Shown: in pieces, positions 30,666 through 40,876 of the stretch | Layout of the letters: each line of letters begins with the position of its first letter | How positions within the stretch are numbered: the stretch's first letter is position 1 | From: Candidatus Helarchaeota archaeon | GTDB lineage: Archaea; Asgardarchaeota; Lokiarchaeia; Helarchaeales; RDOG01 | Length of the DNA: 64,000 nt | Reading direction: 5' to 3' | Assembly (NCBI GenBank): GCA_019058315.1 | Contig: JAHPZH010000002.1 | Span: 288,001-352,000 of the forward strand | Program-made: the position numbers and the translations under genes | Notes under the pieces: model-generated | Told to the model about the DNA's origin: nothing | The model's database searches: none | What the model saw: only the letters and a program-made list of their open reading frames with translations

Positions 30666-30689
30666 TTTTAATCACATATTGTGATAAAA
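30666..30689. promoter_or_regulatory. Inverted repeat upstream of the chaperone cluster (candidate operator)
   Basis: TTTT(A)ATCACA-TAT-TGTGAT-AAAA, adjacent to TTTAAA and TATATA tracts. Confidence 0.4.
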
Positions 30690-30872
30690 TGTTTAAAAAG
30701 TTTACTTATATATACGTCCAAAGGTAAAATTTTAAATCTTCTTATATAACTAAAAACAAATCGAATACTATAAAATATCAGAATTAATTTTAAAATAAAA
30801 GAAAAATCTGGAACTTTATTTATAAACATTGTAAATTATTAAGAAATTGATGATTAAAAAGATGATAAAGAT

Positions 30873-31664
30873 ATGAAAGAGTCCAAATCTGCTCAATATC
30901 ACTCAAAAATTTCAAAAGATTATGATGTTATGTTTCAAGACAAATATTGGGATATCCATACAGCAGTTGAGTCATCAAAACTTAACAAATATCTTCCAAA
31001 ACAAAAATCTCTAATTTTAGATGCAGGAGGTGGCACAGGAAATTTCTCTATAGAATGCGCAAAAAAGGGACATGAAGTTGTTTTAACTGATATTTCATCT
31101 GGAATGCTTGAGGAGGCTAAAAAGAAAATCAAGAAATTAGGATTGGAAGAAAAAATTACAATTTTAAATCAAGATATTATAAATATGAATGATCTAAAAT
31201 CTAATCATTTTGATTTTGTAGTTTCGTTAGGAGATCCTGTTTCATATTGTCAGAAAGAAGAAGATGCTATTAAAGAATTAGCAAGAGTTGCAAAATCGGG
31301 GTCATTTGTTTTTATTACGGGTGATTCTTTCTTTGGTAGGATGTTTAAACTGATAACAGATATGAATTATAAAGAGCTTGAAAATTTAGAAAAATCAAGT
31401 AAAATACAAAACCAATTTGATTTCATTGAACATGATTTCAAGGTAGAGGAGCTCAAAAACTTGTTTGAGAAATATAATCTCCAAGTAATAGAGGTTTTTG
31501 GATTATTAAGCTTTATTAATAAAATTGTAAAAGAAAAACTAGAAAAAATTCTTTCTAATGAAAAAAATTTCAAAATTATTAAAGAATTAGAGTTAAAATT
31601 TTGTAATGAACCCTCAATAATTGGTACAGCTGGTCATTTAGGTATTATTGGCAAGAAAAAATGA
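30873..31664 (+). CDS. Class I SAM-dependent methyltransferase
   Basis: ILDAGGGTG, DISSGML, FDFVVS, ELARV. Confidence 0.92.
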   Translation: MKESKSAQYHSKISKDYDVMFQDKYWDIHTAVESSKLNKYLPKQKSLILDAGGGTGNFSIECAKKGHEVVLTDISSGMLEEAKKKIKKLGLEEKITILNQDIINMNDLKSNHFDFVVSLGDPVSYCQKEEDAIKELARVAKSGSFVFITGDSFFGRMFKLITDMNYKELENLEKSSKIQNQFDFIEHDFKVEELKNLFEKYNLQVIEVFGLLSFINKIVKEKLEKILSNEKNFKIIKELELKFCNEPSIIGTAGHLGIIGKKK

Positions 31665-31691
31665 GAACATAAAAATTTATATAATGAATAG

Positions 31692-32129
31692 TTGGAAATT
31701 GATTTAATGAAAGATACAGACGATAATGAAGAAGAAGAAGAAGTTTTTTGGTTAGTTTCACCAGAAAATACCGAAGCAAGACAATGGTTACATAAATTAG
31801 ATAAATTAAAACGGATAAATACAAAAGACATCAAATTCACTAGAGTAGATGATTATTGGGATGGACCTTTAGCAGGTATTGTCGAATATAACGGTAAAGA
31901 GTATTATTCTGTAGCTATCTTTGATGAAGAAGCTCCTTCCTTAAATATCAACGTCGGGCGGTGTTATTTATTATTAGAAATTAGTGATAGATTAAAAGCA
32001 AAGGGATTTGGAAATGGCGAAATATATTCATATACCGGACCAGATCTTGATTATTCCAACCCAATTGGCTATTTTGGGGGTTCTTTAGCGTATTTTATGA
32101 CACATCCCGAAAAGATAAACGAAAAATAG
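31692..32129 (+). CDS. Hypothetical protein
   Basis: Intact ORF with protein-like composition (DDYWDGPLAG); start may be ATG 31707. Confidence 0.65.
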   Translation: MEIDLMKDTDDNEEEEEVFWLVSPENTEARQWLHKLDKLKRINTKDIKFTRVDDYWDGPLAGIVEYNGKEYYSVAIFDEEAPSLNINVGRCYLLLEISDRLKAKGFGNGEIYSYTGPDLDYSNPIGYFGGSLAYFMTHPEKINEK

Positions 32130-32201
32130 AAGGACTATTAAAATACACAAAATAGTATTTTTATTTTTAAGGGAATAGTAAAATATAGTGGATGATAAAT
32201 T

Positions 32202-33341
32202 TTGAACATATTGATTGTAGGTTTGGTTTTTCTTGTATTGATATTTTATAGTTCAACCTTTCTCATCTCAATAGTAGAAAATATAAAGCATTCAACCCAG
32301 CTTAATCAATTTATAATGATTTTTATTTCATTGTTAGGATATGGAATTATTTTTGACTGTTATAGGGTTATAACGATCAGTATTATTGGGTTTGTTCCCG
32401 AATTCATTGATAAATTTAATTATATTGTAAAAACCATCACTATTTTTTTAAGTATAATTATGGCAGTTCAGATTGCGGTTATTATGGGTGAACAAAGTGG
32501 TCATAAAATAAAAAATAAATTACTTTTAAGGATTATGATAAGTTTTTATATTGTGTTATCTTGTTTCATTTCCATTTTAAATTTATTTACTCTCTCTAAA
32601 ACCGAGACTAATGAAATGGGGTTTTATACTTATCAAATTAACTTCAATTTATATCTTATTATCTTTATATTTGCATTTATTTTTGCTATTTTTACATCAA
32701 ATCAGACTATTATTTTTTTAAAAGGGGTCAGAAATGAAAAGTTATTAATTCGAATGATACTTTTTGCATTAATCTATGTCTCTCTCTTAATTGAGAGATT
32801 TGCAAATATTGGTATTTACTTTGTTTTCGGGAACACTCCTGAAATATTCATAATAGGGATATTTTTGTTAACTTTAATTGTTGCATTTGCCTTCTTTTTT
32901 ACAATTAGATACCCAGATTATTTAGAATCCCTCAGTGCCTATTTTAGTGTAAAATCAATCTATTTAATTAATAATAATGGGCTATTATTATATGAATTCG
33001 ATTTACAAAAGGAGTTTTATTTAAGTCCACTGGCATCCAAAAAAATTTTAGTAGGAGGATTTATCTATGGTTTAGCAAGAGGATTACCAGAAGTTTTGAA
33101 ATTAGGAAGAGATGTTAATTCTATAAACTTTGGGGATCTTAACTTATTATTTAAACATGGGAAATATGTAATTGGATTATTATTTATTACGGATTATACA
33201 CCCATTATTTCTGTAAAATTGAATAAATTTATTGAGATTTTTGAAGATAAATTTAATGTTCAACTTGAGAATTGGGATGGACGTATTGATATTTTTGATT
33301 CTAAAATAGTTGAAGATTTGATATTTAAGATATTTAGATAG
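32202..33341 (+). CDS. Multi-pass membrane protein with a C-terminal longin/roadblock-like domain
   Basis: About 7 hydrophobic segments, then IYLINNNGLLLY...LVGGFIYGL...INFGDLNLLF...FEDKF...WDG, a pattern common in Asgard longin-like domains. Confidence 0.7.
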   Translation: MNILIVGLVFLVLIFYSSTFLISIVENIKHSTQLNQFIMIFISLLGYGIIFDCYRVITISIIGFVPEFIDKFNYIVKTITIFLSIIMAVQIAVIMGEQSGHKIKNKLLLRIMISFYIVLSCFISILNLFTLSKTETNEMGFYTYQINFNLYLIIFIFAFIFAIFTSNQTIIFLKGVRNEKLLIRMILFALIYVSLLIERFANIGIYFVFGNTPEIFIIGIFLLTLIVAFAFFFTIRYPDYLESLSAYFSVKSIYLINNNGLLLYEFDLQKEFYLSPLASKKILVGGFIYGLARGLPEVLKLGRDVNSINFGDLNLLFKHGKYVIGLLFITDYTPIISVKLNKFIEIFEDKFNVQLENWDGRIDIFDSKIVEDLIFKIFR

Positions 33342-33491
33342 ATAGAGCTGTTCATCATCTTTGTTTAAAGGAAATAATTAATTAAAAATCTATATTCTTT
33401 AAAATGCTAGATCATAACTTGTTATAATCTATAAAAAAAGCTAGTATATTTTAAAAAAGCTTATAATAAAAAAGATAAAGAAAAATTTAGA

Positions 33492-34646
33492 TTAATATTC
33501 ATGTTGAGCATGGAGAAGTCTATCTGGTATTTTCTTTTCGCCGCGGATTTCAAGCTCAAAACCCGCACCGAATCTAGCATTTTCAACAGCAAAACCAGAC
33601 TTAGCTATACTACGTGCAATTCGTTCAGCACTCTTTCGATCTATAAAAGTTGATGTTTCATCCCAGGTCAGTAGCCATTTGCTTTCTTGCGCGTCAATTG
33701 TTAACACTATTCCTGCTTGTGGGACCTTATCTTGTCTAACAAAATCTTTTCCCTCGTATATTAGATATATTTTAGGAATTTTGCCTGCATCTTTTTTCAC
33801 AAAGCTCGCTACTTCTGTTGCTTTATCGGTTACAGCGACATGTTCTTTAGGAGTCATATCCTCGATTGTTTGATCTAATTCTGCAATTTTTTCCTCATGT
33901 GTAGATTTTAAATCTTTAACTTTTGAGTCATATTCTTCTTTTATTTTAGAGATTTCATTTTGATGAGAATCTTTAAGTTGGGTAATTTCATTAGCATGAT
34001 TTCCCTTGATTTGGTTAATTTCGTTTTTTAATTGTTCTATCTCGTTAATTTTGGCCTCTACAGCGTTTGCAGCAGCTTCTTCTTTCTCAGTTTTTAAAAT
34101 CTCAATTTGATTTTCCAATTCATTTACTTTCTGACCAATTTCGTTTTTATCTCTTGCAATATTTTCCATTTCAAGGTCTTTTTCGTTTAATTTTTTTTCC
34201 AATTCTCCGATTTTTTCTTTAGTATCGTTCAATTGAGTTTCGATATCGCTTATTTCAGAATTTTTTACCTCAACTTGTAAGCTTAACTCAGCTTTTTCAT
34301 TATTTACAGCCTCTATTTGAGAATCGAAATTTGCGACTTTTGATTCATTTTCGGCTATTTTATTTTCTAGCTGAACTATTTGTTGAGATAATTCTTGTAA
34401 TTTATTCTCTTTATTTCCAATTTGAGCTTTTAAATCTTCTTTTTCATCATTATATGACGTAATCGTATCTTCTAATGTAGATTTTGCTTTAGCTAGTTGT
34501 TCAATCATTTTCTTTAATTCGCCTTCAAGTGATTCTATTGTTTTTGTTTGTTCTTCAATTTTTTTGCGTTGATCTAAGAGAAATTTTCCTGGCACTTTAT
34601 GATCTTTATCGGGTTTGGATTGTATTTCATACCATTTAATTGACAA
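33492..34646 (-). CDS. Long coiled-coil protein with a C-terminal globular (possibly gelsolin-like) domain
   Basis: About 240 aa of heptad-rich sequence, then IVLTID...WLLTW...DRKSAERIARSI; SD GAGGCGA before TTG. Confidence 0.8.
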   Translation of the reverse strand: MSIKWYEIQSKPDKDHKVPGKFLLDQRKKIEEQTKTIESLEGELKKMIEQLAKAKSTLEDTITSYNDEKEDLKAQIGNKENKLQELSQQIVQLENKIAENESKVANFDSQIEAVNNEKAELSLQVEVKNSEISDIETQLNDTKEKIGELEKKLNEKDLEMENIARDKNEIGQKVNELENQIEILKTEKEEAAANAVEAKINEIEQLKNEINQIKGNHANEITQLKDSHQNEISKIKEEYDSKVKDLKSTHEEKIAELDQTIEDMTPKEHVAVTDKATEVASFVKKDAGKIPKIYLIYEGKDFVRQDKVPQAGIVLTIDAQESKWLLTWDETSTFIDRKSAERIARSIAKSGFAVENARFGAGFELEIRGEKKIPDRLLHAQHEY

Positions 34647-34874
34647 AGGCTCGCCTCATATATTTCATAGTTTTTTTTATGAAAATTACTTAATTTTTTA
34701 TTTTTTAGGAATTTCTGATTTTAAAACGTACTGAATTTTAAATTAATACCTTTATTTCAGTCTTTTGATTCAATAAATATTTTTGTTATCAATAAAATTT
34801 CATCATCAATAAATATTTCGAAAATTATATTTCCATTTGTTTTTCTAAATTCAATATAGCAATTAAAAATTAGA

Positions 34875-35324
34875 TTATGTATAATAATTTGAATTTCTTT
34901 GTTGTTGTAGCCGTTTTTTCAAACATTTTTCCAAATTTTCTTTGACTTTTCCAATTGTTTCAACTTCTTTTTCGGCTTGGGCTGTGTAGTAATTTTCTAT
35001 TAAATCATTTTTTTGTTCAATAATTTTTTTAGTTCTTTCAAATTGTTCTTCCGAGACATCGTCTGTAGTTACCATTACCATTAATTCTTGAAAGAATTGA
35101 CGATAAAATATAACATAGGGTTTTAATTTCTTTTGTAATTCTTTATTTTTATGATAACTAGATAATAGTGAATTTAATTCTCGATTATAGCTTGCAACTA
35201 ATTTTGAAAAATGTTCTATATCAAAAGTATTTAATGCATCAGAGATTTCTTCAAAAAGTCTATCCATTTGCTCAAGGTACTTTTTAATTTCAAGATCTTT
35301 TTCTTCCATTTTGAACCAAATCAT
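34875..35324 (-). CDS. Hypothetical helical protein
   Basis: Intact ORF of charged amphipathic helices. Confidence 0.7.
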   Translation of the reverse strand: MIWFKMEEKDLEIKKYLEQMDRLFEEISDALNTFDIEHFSKLVASYNRELNSLLSSYHKNKELQKKLKPYVIFYRQFFQELMVMVTTDDVSEEQFERTKKIIEQKNDLIENYYTAQAEKEVETIGKVKENLEKCLKKRLQQQRNSNYYT

Positions 35325-35493
35325 CTATTTTATTTTTAAAATATTCTTGATTTCTTCACTTAAACTTTTTAAAGTATGTATGATTTAATAAGGTGATGAT
35401 CGCTTTGAATTCAAATTCAGATAATTGACGAAATTCCGAGAGGTCGTCCTGCTAATTTTTATTTTATTAATAACTAATTATAAGGTTTTATTA

Positions 35494-36759
35494 TTGAGTG
35501 ATCTTACACCAAAAGGTTCTTTTGAAAGGTATAAATTAAGAAGAATGTTAAAAATATTGAAGTCTAAAAAAGGCTATCATACGGAACTTACATCTTTATA
35601 TATACCAGCTGATAAGCCAATTAGTGATACTACCAATTATTTGAAACAAGAACAAGGACAAGCTGCAAATATTAAATCTAAAACGACTCGTAAGGTTGTC
35701 CTTGATTCGATAACGAAGCTTATTCAAGTTCTAATAAAATACGGAAGAGAAGTACCACCAACTGGATTAGCTTTATTTAGTGGAGCTATTCCTCAAAATG
35801 GACCTGGCTCTGAAAAAATGGAAATGTACACTGTTATTCCACCTGAAAAAATAGAAACAAGGCAATATTATTGCGCTTCAGAATTTTATATCGAACCTCT
35901 TGAAGATATGCTAATTGAGAAAGATGTCTATGGTTTAATTGTAATTGATAGATCTGGACTTACTTTAGCTACACTTTCAGGAAACAAAAAAAATATTATA
36001 GAAAATATGGGTGCAAATATCCCCAGCAAACATCATGCTGGAGGTCAATCCCAACGACGTTACGAACGACTTATTGAGCAAGCTGCTCATGAGTTCTATG
36101 TTCGTGCAGGAGAACATATTAATAACCAATTTTTAGATCTTCCCATACAAGGAATAATTATTGGTGGAGGAGGTCCAACTAAAGAGTATTTTGCCAATGG
36201 TGATTATTTAGATTATCGGCTGAAAGAAAAAATTATAGGTATTATCGATATAGGCTATTCGGATGAGCAGGGAATAAATGATTTAATAAGAAAATCGCAA
36301 GATCTACTCCATAATGTTCAATTAATAAAAGAAAAACAAATTATCCAAAAATTTCTAAGCCATTTGGCAAGAGATACAGGACTTGTTACTTATGGAGAAA
36401 AAGAAGTAAGAAGAGCTTTACAAATGGGTGCTGTTGATATTCTTTTACTTTCGGATAAAGTGGACATTGTTCGTGTTTCAGTTAAATGTAGCAATTGTGG
36501 AAATATAGAAGAAAAAACGATTAAAAATGAGGACCTAGAGGCTTACGAGAAAATGGTTTCAAACATGACTTGTGAAAAATGTAACAGCTCTAATATGTAT
36601 TTTGAAGATACTATAGACCTAGTTGAAGAATTAGGAGAACTAGCAAGAGTATCCGGAGCAGATGTTGAAGTTTTTTCAACAGATTCAGAAGAAGGTGCAC
36701 AATTTTGGAGTGCATTTAAGGGCATAGGAGCAATTTTAAGGTATAAATTTGATAACTAA
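35494..36759 (+). CDS. prf1: Peptide chain release factor aRF1
   Basis: TELTSLYIP, NIKS, YYC, GGQS, zinc-ribbon insert, FKGIGAILRY; start moved to TTG 35494. Confidence 0.96.
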   Translation: MSDLTPKGSFERYKLRRMLKILKSKKGYHTELTSLYIPADKPISDTTNYLKQEQGQAANIKSKTTRKVVLDSITKLIQVLIKYGREVPPTGLALFSGAIPQNGPGSEKMEMYTVIPPEKIETRQYYCASEFYIEPLEDMLIEKDVYGLIVIDRSGLTLATLSGNKKNIIENMGANIPSKHHAGGQSQRRYERLIEQAAHEFYVRAGEHINNQFLDLPIQGIIIGGGGPTKEYFANGDYLDYRLKEKIIGIIDIGYSDEQGINDLIRKSQDLLHNVQLIKEKQIIQKFLSHLARDTGLVTYGEKEVRRALQMGAVDILLLSDKVDIVRVSVKCSNCGNIEEKTIKNEDLEAYEKMVSNMTCEKCNSSNMYFEDTIDLVEELGELARVSGADVEVFSTDSEEGAQFWSAFKGIGAILRYKFDN

Positions 36760-36880
36760 TAATTAATTAAACGTATTCATTTAATTAAAAGAAAATAAGG
36801 AAAATTTTACTTTTTTTGTCGGGTAGAATGGTTAAATAAAAATCTAATTTTGAATATTTAATTAATAGTTTATTTTTTGT

Positions 36881-38914
36881 ATGATTGAGAATATATCGAA
36901 GGTATTTTTAATGGCATTTACAAAGGGTCAACTAGAACTGCTTAAATCTATTTTTCCTTATGACCCTTATCCTCCACAAACTGAATATATGAAAGATGTA
37001 TTTTCAATTATTAAGAACAACAAAATTGGTTTATTAGAAGCACCATCCGGATTTGGAAAAACAAGTGCTTTGCTAACAGCTGCATTAAGCGGTTTTCCTT
37101 ATCAAACTTATTATTATTCTAGAACTCATGCTCAAATGAAACAAGTAGCTCAGGAATTGGACAGAATTAATAAAAAATCAGGAAATTCTTTTTCCTGCGT
37201 TGTAAGAGGGTCTCGAAATCAATTATGCCTTGATAATGATCTGAAGAAAATAAGAGATTATAGGATAATAGCTGAAATTTGTTATTCTAGGATTAAATAT
37301 ACTAGAAATAACAAAGATTTTTTTGAAGAATTTTACTCAAAGGCAGAAAACACGCTTAATGAAAATGAAGAGCTGTTTTTGGGAAGAAACTTATATTGTG
37401 ATTCAAAATTCGGTAAAATAAATATTCCTTCCTCAATTCCTGATGATGTACCTTTAGTATCAGATATAGAAAGTCTTAAAAAATTTGGCCTAAAACACAA
37501 AATCTGCCCATATTTTTTATCCCGTCTTTTAGCTCAATCGTTTGATGTAGTTGTGGGGTCTTATAAGTACTTATTTTTTGATAATTTTTATCAAGATCAA
37601 ATTATGGTTTTGGACGAGGCACACAATATCGAACAAATTTGCAAAGATGGAGTTTCTTTTACCTTATCCCAATCCACAGTAAATCAAGCATTAGACGAAA
37701 TAAATGAAATAGAAAGTTCATGGGCTTCAGAATTACAAGATTTATTAGTTAATCTTCTTATGTTTTTTAAACATACAGAATTTAAAGATGGAGAGCTTTT
37801 ATCAAGTTCCCAATTTCTTACAGAGCTAGATAAATTTGGGGTTTATCTTGAACATTTAAGGGATTTTTTAAACGATTGGCAGATAATACAGAATTGCTGG
37901 AGCGAATTAAAAAAAATACGTAAAAAATTTATTCTATTAGAAAATTTAAAGATTGTTTGGGTATACAGGTTTCTTTATAATTTTGTATATTCTGCCGAGG
38001 AATCCTATAGAGGTATTTGGAGTATTAGAGGTAAAAATAATCCAACCATTGCTTGGTTTTGTCTTGACTCTCAAGTTGCTTTTGATCAAATAAGAGCCAG
38101 GACACCCAAAGCAATTATTTTAACAAGTGGCACTCTATCTCCTCAAGAGAGAATTGCTCAAAGGTTAGGTGTTGAAGCATCTTTTATTAAAAGCTATCCT
38201 GCAATATTTCCCGAAGAAAATATACAAATTTTGGTGCTAACTAAAGGTCTAAAAGGAAACACCCTCACAACATCATATAGAGAGAGAAGTAACCAAGATA
38301 TAATAATAGATTATGGAAAAACTGTTGTCAAAATTATCAATAATGTCCCTAATGGATCTGTAGTCTTTTTTCCATCATATTTTCTTATGGATAATATGCT
38401 AGGGTTATGGAATAAGAAAGAAATCTTAAATGATTTAGAAGCTGAGATTTTTATTGAATCAAAAGGTAGTGGTTCTAATATACTAGAATTATATAATGAG
38501 GCAGCTACAAAAAAAAGAGCTGCTCTCTTTGCTGTAATCCGAGGGAAACTTAGCGAAGGTCAAAATTTTCCTGATGAAATAGGGCGAGCAGTTATAATAG
38601 TTGGAATTCCTTATCCCAATATACAAGATCCTAAATTACAAGCTCAAAGAGAATATTATGAAAGAAAAAAGAAGGGAATGGGAAGTAATTGGTATTACGA
38701 CGAGACTTTTAATGCTGTTAATCAAGCAATAGGAAGGGCATGGAGACATAAAGATGATTATGCAATGGGTTTTTTATTAGATTATAGATATAGATCAAAT
38801 CTTAATAAACTGCCCTTTTGGAGCACTAAAAAAACATCAGTAATTGAGCCATATACCCCATTTTCAACAATAGAAAAAATAATTCAAAATTTCTTTGAAA
38901 AAAGAGAAAACTAA
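36881..38914 (+). CDS. XPD/Rad3/DinG family FeS helicase
   Basis: APSGFGKT, RTHAQ, SRNQLC, CPY, DEAHN, TSGTL, FFPSY, QAIGRAWRH. Confidence 0.92.
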   Translation: MIENISKVFLMAFTKGQLELLKSIFPYDPYPPQTEYMKDVFSIIKNNKIGLLEAPSGFGKTSALLTAALSGFPYQTYYYSRTHAQMKQVAQELDRINKKSGNSFSCVVRGSRNQLCLDNDLKKIRDYRIIAEICYSRIKYTRNNKDFFEEFYSKAENTLNENEELFLGRNLYCDSKFGKINIPSSIPDDVPLVSDIESLKKFGLKHKICPYFLSRLLAQSFDVVVGSYKYLFFDNFYQDQIMVLDEAHNIEQICKDGVSFTLSQSTVNQALDEINEIESSWASELQDLLVNLLMFFKHTEFKDGELLSSSQFLTELDKFGVYLEHLRDFLNDWQIIQNCWSELKKIRKKFILLENLKIVWVYRFLYNFVYSAEESYRGIWSIRGKNNPTIAWFCLDSQVAFDQIRARTPKAIILTSGTLSPQERIAQRLGVEASFIKSYPAIFPEENIQILVLTKGLKGNTLTTSYRERSNQDIIIDYGKTVVKIINNVPNGSVVFFPSYFLMDNMLGLWNKKEILNDLEAEIFIESKGSGSNILELYNEAATKKRAALFAVIRGKLSEGQNFPDEIGRAVIIVGIPYPNIQDPKLQAQREYYERKKKGMGSNWYYDETFNAVNQAIGRAWRHKDDYAMGFLLDYRYRSNLNKLPFWSTKKTSVIEPYTPFSTIEKIIQNFFEKREN

Positions 38915-38972
38915 TTCTAATTTAAAGTGAAGTTTATTAAAGAAATATTATATAAGAAAAAAGAATCTAAAG

Positions 38973-39536
38973 TTATGTTCGGAATACAAATTTCCGAGGT
39001 TCGTTTGTTATCTCAAGATTCTCTGATTTACATTGATCACATGCCTTTGCATCATACTGATTTATACGTCCACAATCCTTGCAAGTTTTTCTTAGGACAA
39101 CTGGGCACGTACCAGTTTCTAAAAGCACACATTCTTCACAACCTATACAAACTTCCTCTGTAGTGCCCATTCCGTATACAATTCCCATAAATTTTGTGTT
39201 ATTTCCCGGGATGACTTTCTTTCCGGTTAATCTGGCTATACTTTGAGCTCCAAGTCCACAAGTCATTACTAATAATGCGTCTGCAGCATCAATATCTTCC
39301 TTAACTCTCTGTAAATCTCTTTTTGATACTCTCTGGTCGCAAGGGGCTTGGATTACTATTGATTTATCTATATTAATCCCATCTTCCTTAAATTTTTCAA
39401 TAAGAGCTTTAACTTCTTCAGTTCCTCCAGTTTTACAAACGGCACAACAGTCACCGCAACCTATAACAAACACATTCTTATATTTTTTTACGTTCTCTTC
39501 AATCTCTTGAACGGGTTTTTGCTCTGTTATTATCAA
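38973..39536 (-). CDS. MTHFR C-terminal-domain (MetV-like) Cys-rich protein
   Basis: MIITEQKP, GCGDCCAVCKTGG, CGLGAQ, CIGCEEC...CPV. Confidence 0.82.
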   Translation of the reverse strand: MIITEQKPVQEIEENVKKYKNVFVIGCGDCCAVCKTGGTEEVKALIEKFKEDGINIDKSIVIQAPCDQRVSKRDLQRVKEDIDAADALLVMTCGLGAQSIARLTGKKVIPGNNTKFMGIVYGMGTTEEVCIGCEECVLLETGTCPVVLRKTCKDCGRINQYDAKACDQCKSENLEITNEPRKFVFRT

Positions 39537-39665
39537 AAAACCACTCTCATAAATAAATTTGTTAATCTTGACAACATTATTTAAAAAATTAATATAAATT
39601 TTCTCATGAATTAAGATAAAAAATTAGTCCACTTCGAATACGATTAAAAATAAAAATAAAAAAGA

Positions 39666-40841
39666 TTAAAAATCTATGTCTTTACCATCCCACATGTATT
39701 GAATTATTTTAGCCAAGTCTTCTGTTTCAGGTATTGGTTTATTGGTAGTACTACATGGATCATCATCTGCAAATTTTACAAATTTATCAAAATTAGCTTT
39801 AAAATCTTGTTCACTAATTCCCAAATCTTTAAATGTCATAGGAGCTCCAATTCGTTGATATAAATCTTTAATAGCATTAAGCAATCCTCTATATGCTTTG
39901 TCATCATCTGGTTCCCAAATATCCAGAGCTCGTTGTGCAATTTCTGCCAACCATTTTTTAGCATCAGGTTCCCTATTTGCATTAAATTGAATTATGTAGC
40001 GAAGTGCTAAGCCAACACATTGTCCATGAGGTTTATGAAAGACCGCTCCACACGCATGCCCTATTGAATGCCCAATCCCTGCTTGAGAATTTCCAAATCC
40101 TAATCCCGCAACTGTGGCTGCAATATGAACTTTATTTCGAGCTTTCATATCGTCCCCATTTTTCACAGCTTGTTCTAAATTCTCAAAAATTAATCGAATC
40201 GCATTCAGACAGTGTCCATCTGAAATTTCATTTTTAAAACTCGAAATATAAGCCTCAACTGCATGGGTTAATACATCTAGACCAGTTCCCATAGTGAGTC
40301 TTTGAGGCATATTTTTTGGAAAGACTGGATCTAAAAGTGCTACTATAGGTACTAGGTCTCTAGAACCATATGCAGTTTTTACACCATCCGCATTGGTATC
40401 TGTATAAACAACAGCCCATGTAACATCAGAACCAGTTCCACTTGTAGTAGGAATACAAATATATTCTGCTTTTTTCATATTTAATTTTGCTGTAAAACTA
40501 ATATTTCTTATATCTTTGTCGGGAAATTCGTACAAAAACCAAATACCCTTCCCAGCATCCATAACACTGCCGCCACCTAGCCCAATTATCAAATCAGGTT
40601 CAAATTCTTGGCATATTTTCCCACCTTCCTCTACAACTTTCATAGTGGGATCAGGCATAATTTTATTGAATATTTGAATCTCAGGCTTTGATCTTAAATT
40701 CTTTACGACTAAATCTATAAATCCGAGTTCCTGACAGACTTGATCTGTAACTATTAAGACTTTTTTCGGTTTAATTTGTCCTAAATATTTTAAGGAATTT
40801 GGTCCAAAAACAATTTTCCTAGGTGAAGAATAAAACCACAT
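39666..40841 (-). CDS. Iron-containing alcohol dehydrogenase
   Basis: GGGSVMDAGK, PTTSGTGSD, DVLTHAVE, HSIGH, HG. Confidence 0.93.
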   Translation of the reverse strand: MWFYSSPRKIVFGPNSLKYLGQIKPKKVLIVTDQVCQELGFIDLVVKNLRSKPEIQIFNKIMPDPTMKVVEEGGKICQEFEPDLIIGLGGGSVMDAGKGIWFLYEFPDKDIRNISFTAKLNMKKAEYICIPTTSGTGSDVTWAVVYTDTNADGVKTAYGSRDLVPIVALLDPVFPKNMPQRLTMGTGLDVLTHAVEAYISSFKNEISDGHCLNAIRLIFENLEQAVKNGDDMKARNKVHIAATVAGLGFGNSQAGIGHSIGHACGAVFHKPHGQCVGLALRYIIQFNANREPDAKKWLAEIAQRALDIWEPDDDKAYRGLLNAIKDLYQRIGAPMTFKDLGISEQDFKANFDKFVKFADDDPCSTTNKPIPETEDLAKIIQYMWDGKDIDF

Positions 40842-40876
40842 ATTATCATCTCAAAAAGAAAAAAATAAATATATAT

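Noticed and set aside
33800-34600. Coiled-coil protein as SMC, tropomyosin or an intermediate filament homologue
   Set aside because: No Walker motifs or hinge; generic heptads cannot establish homology
35425-35493. Hydrophobic N-terminal extension on aRF1
   Set aside because: Most likely an artefact of taking the first TTG; recognisable aRF1 sequence begins near TTG 35494
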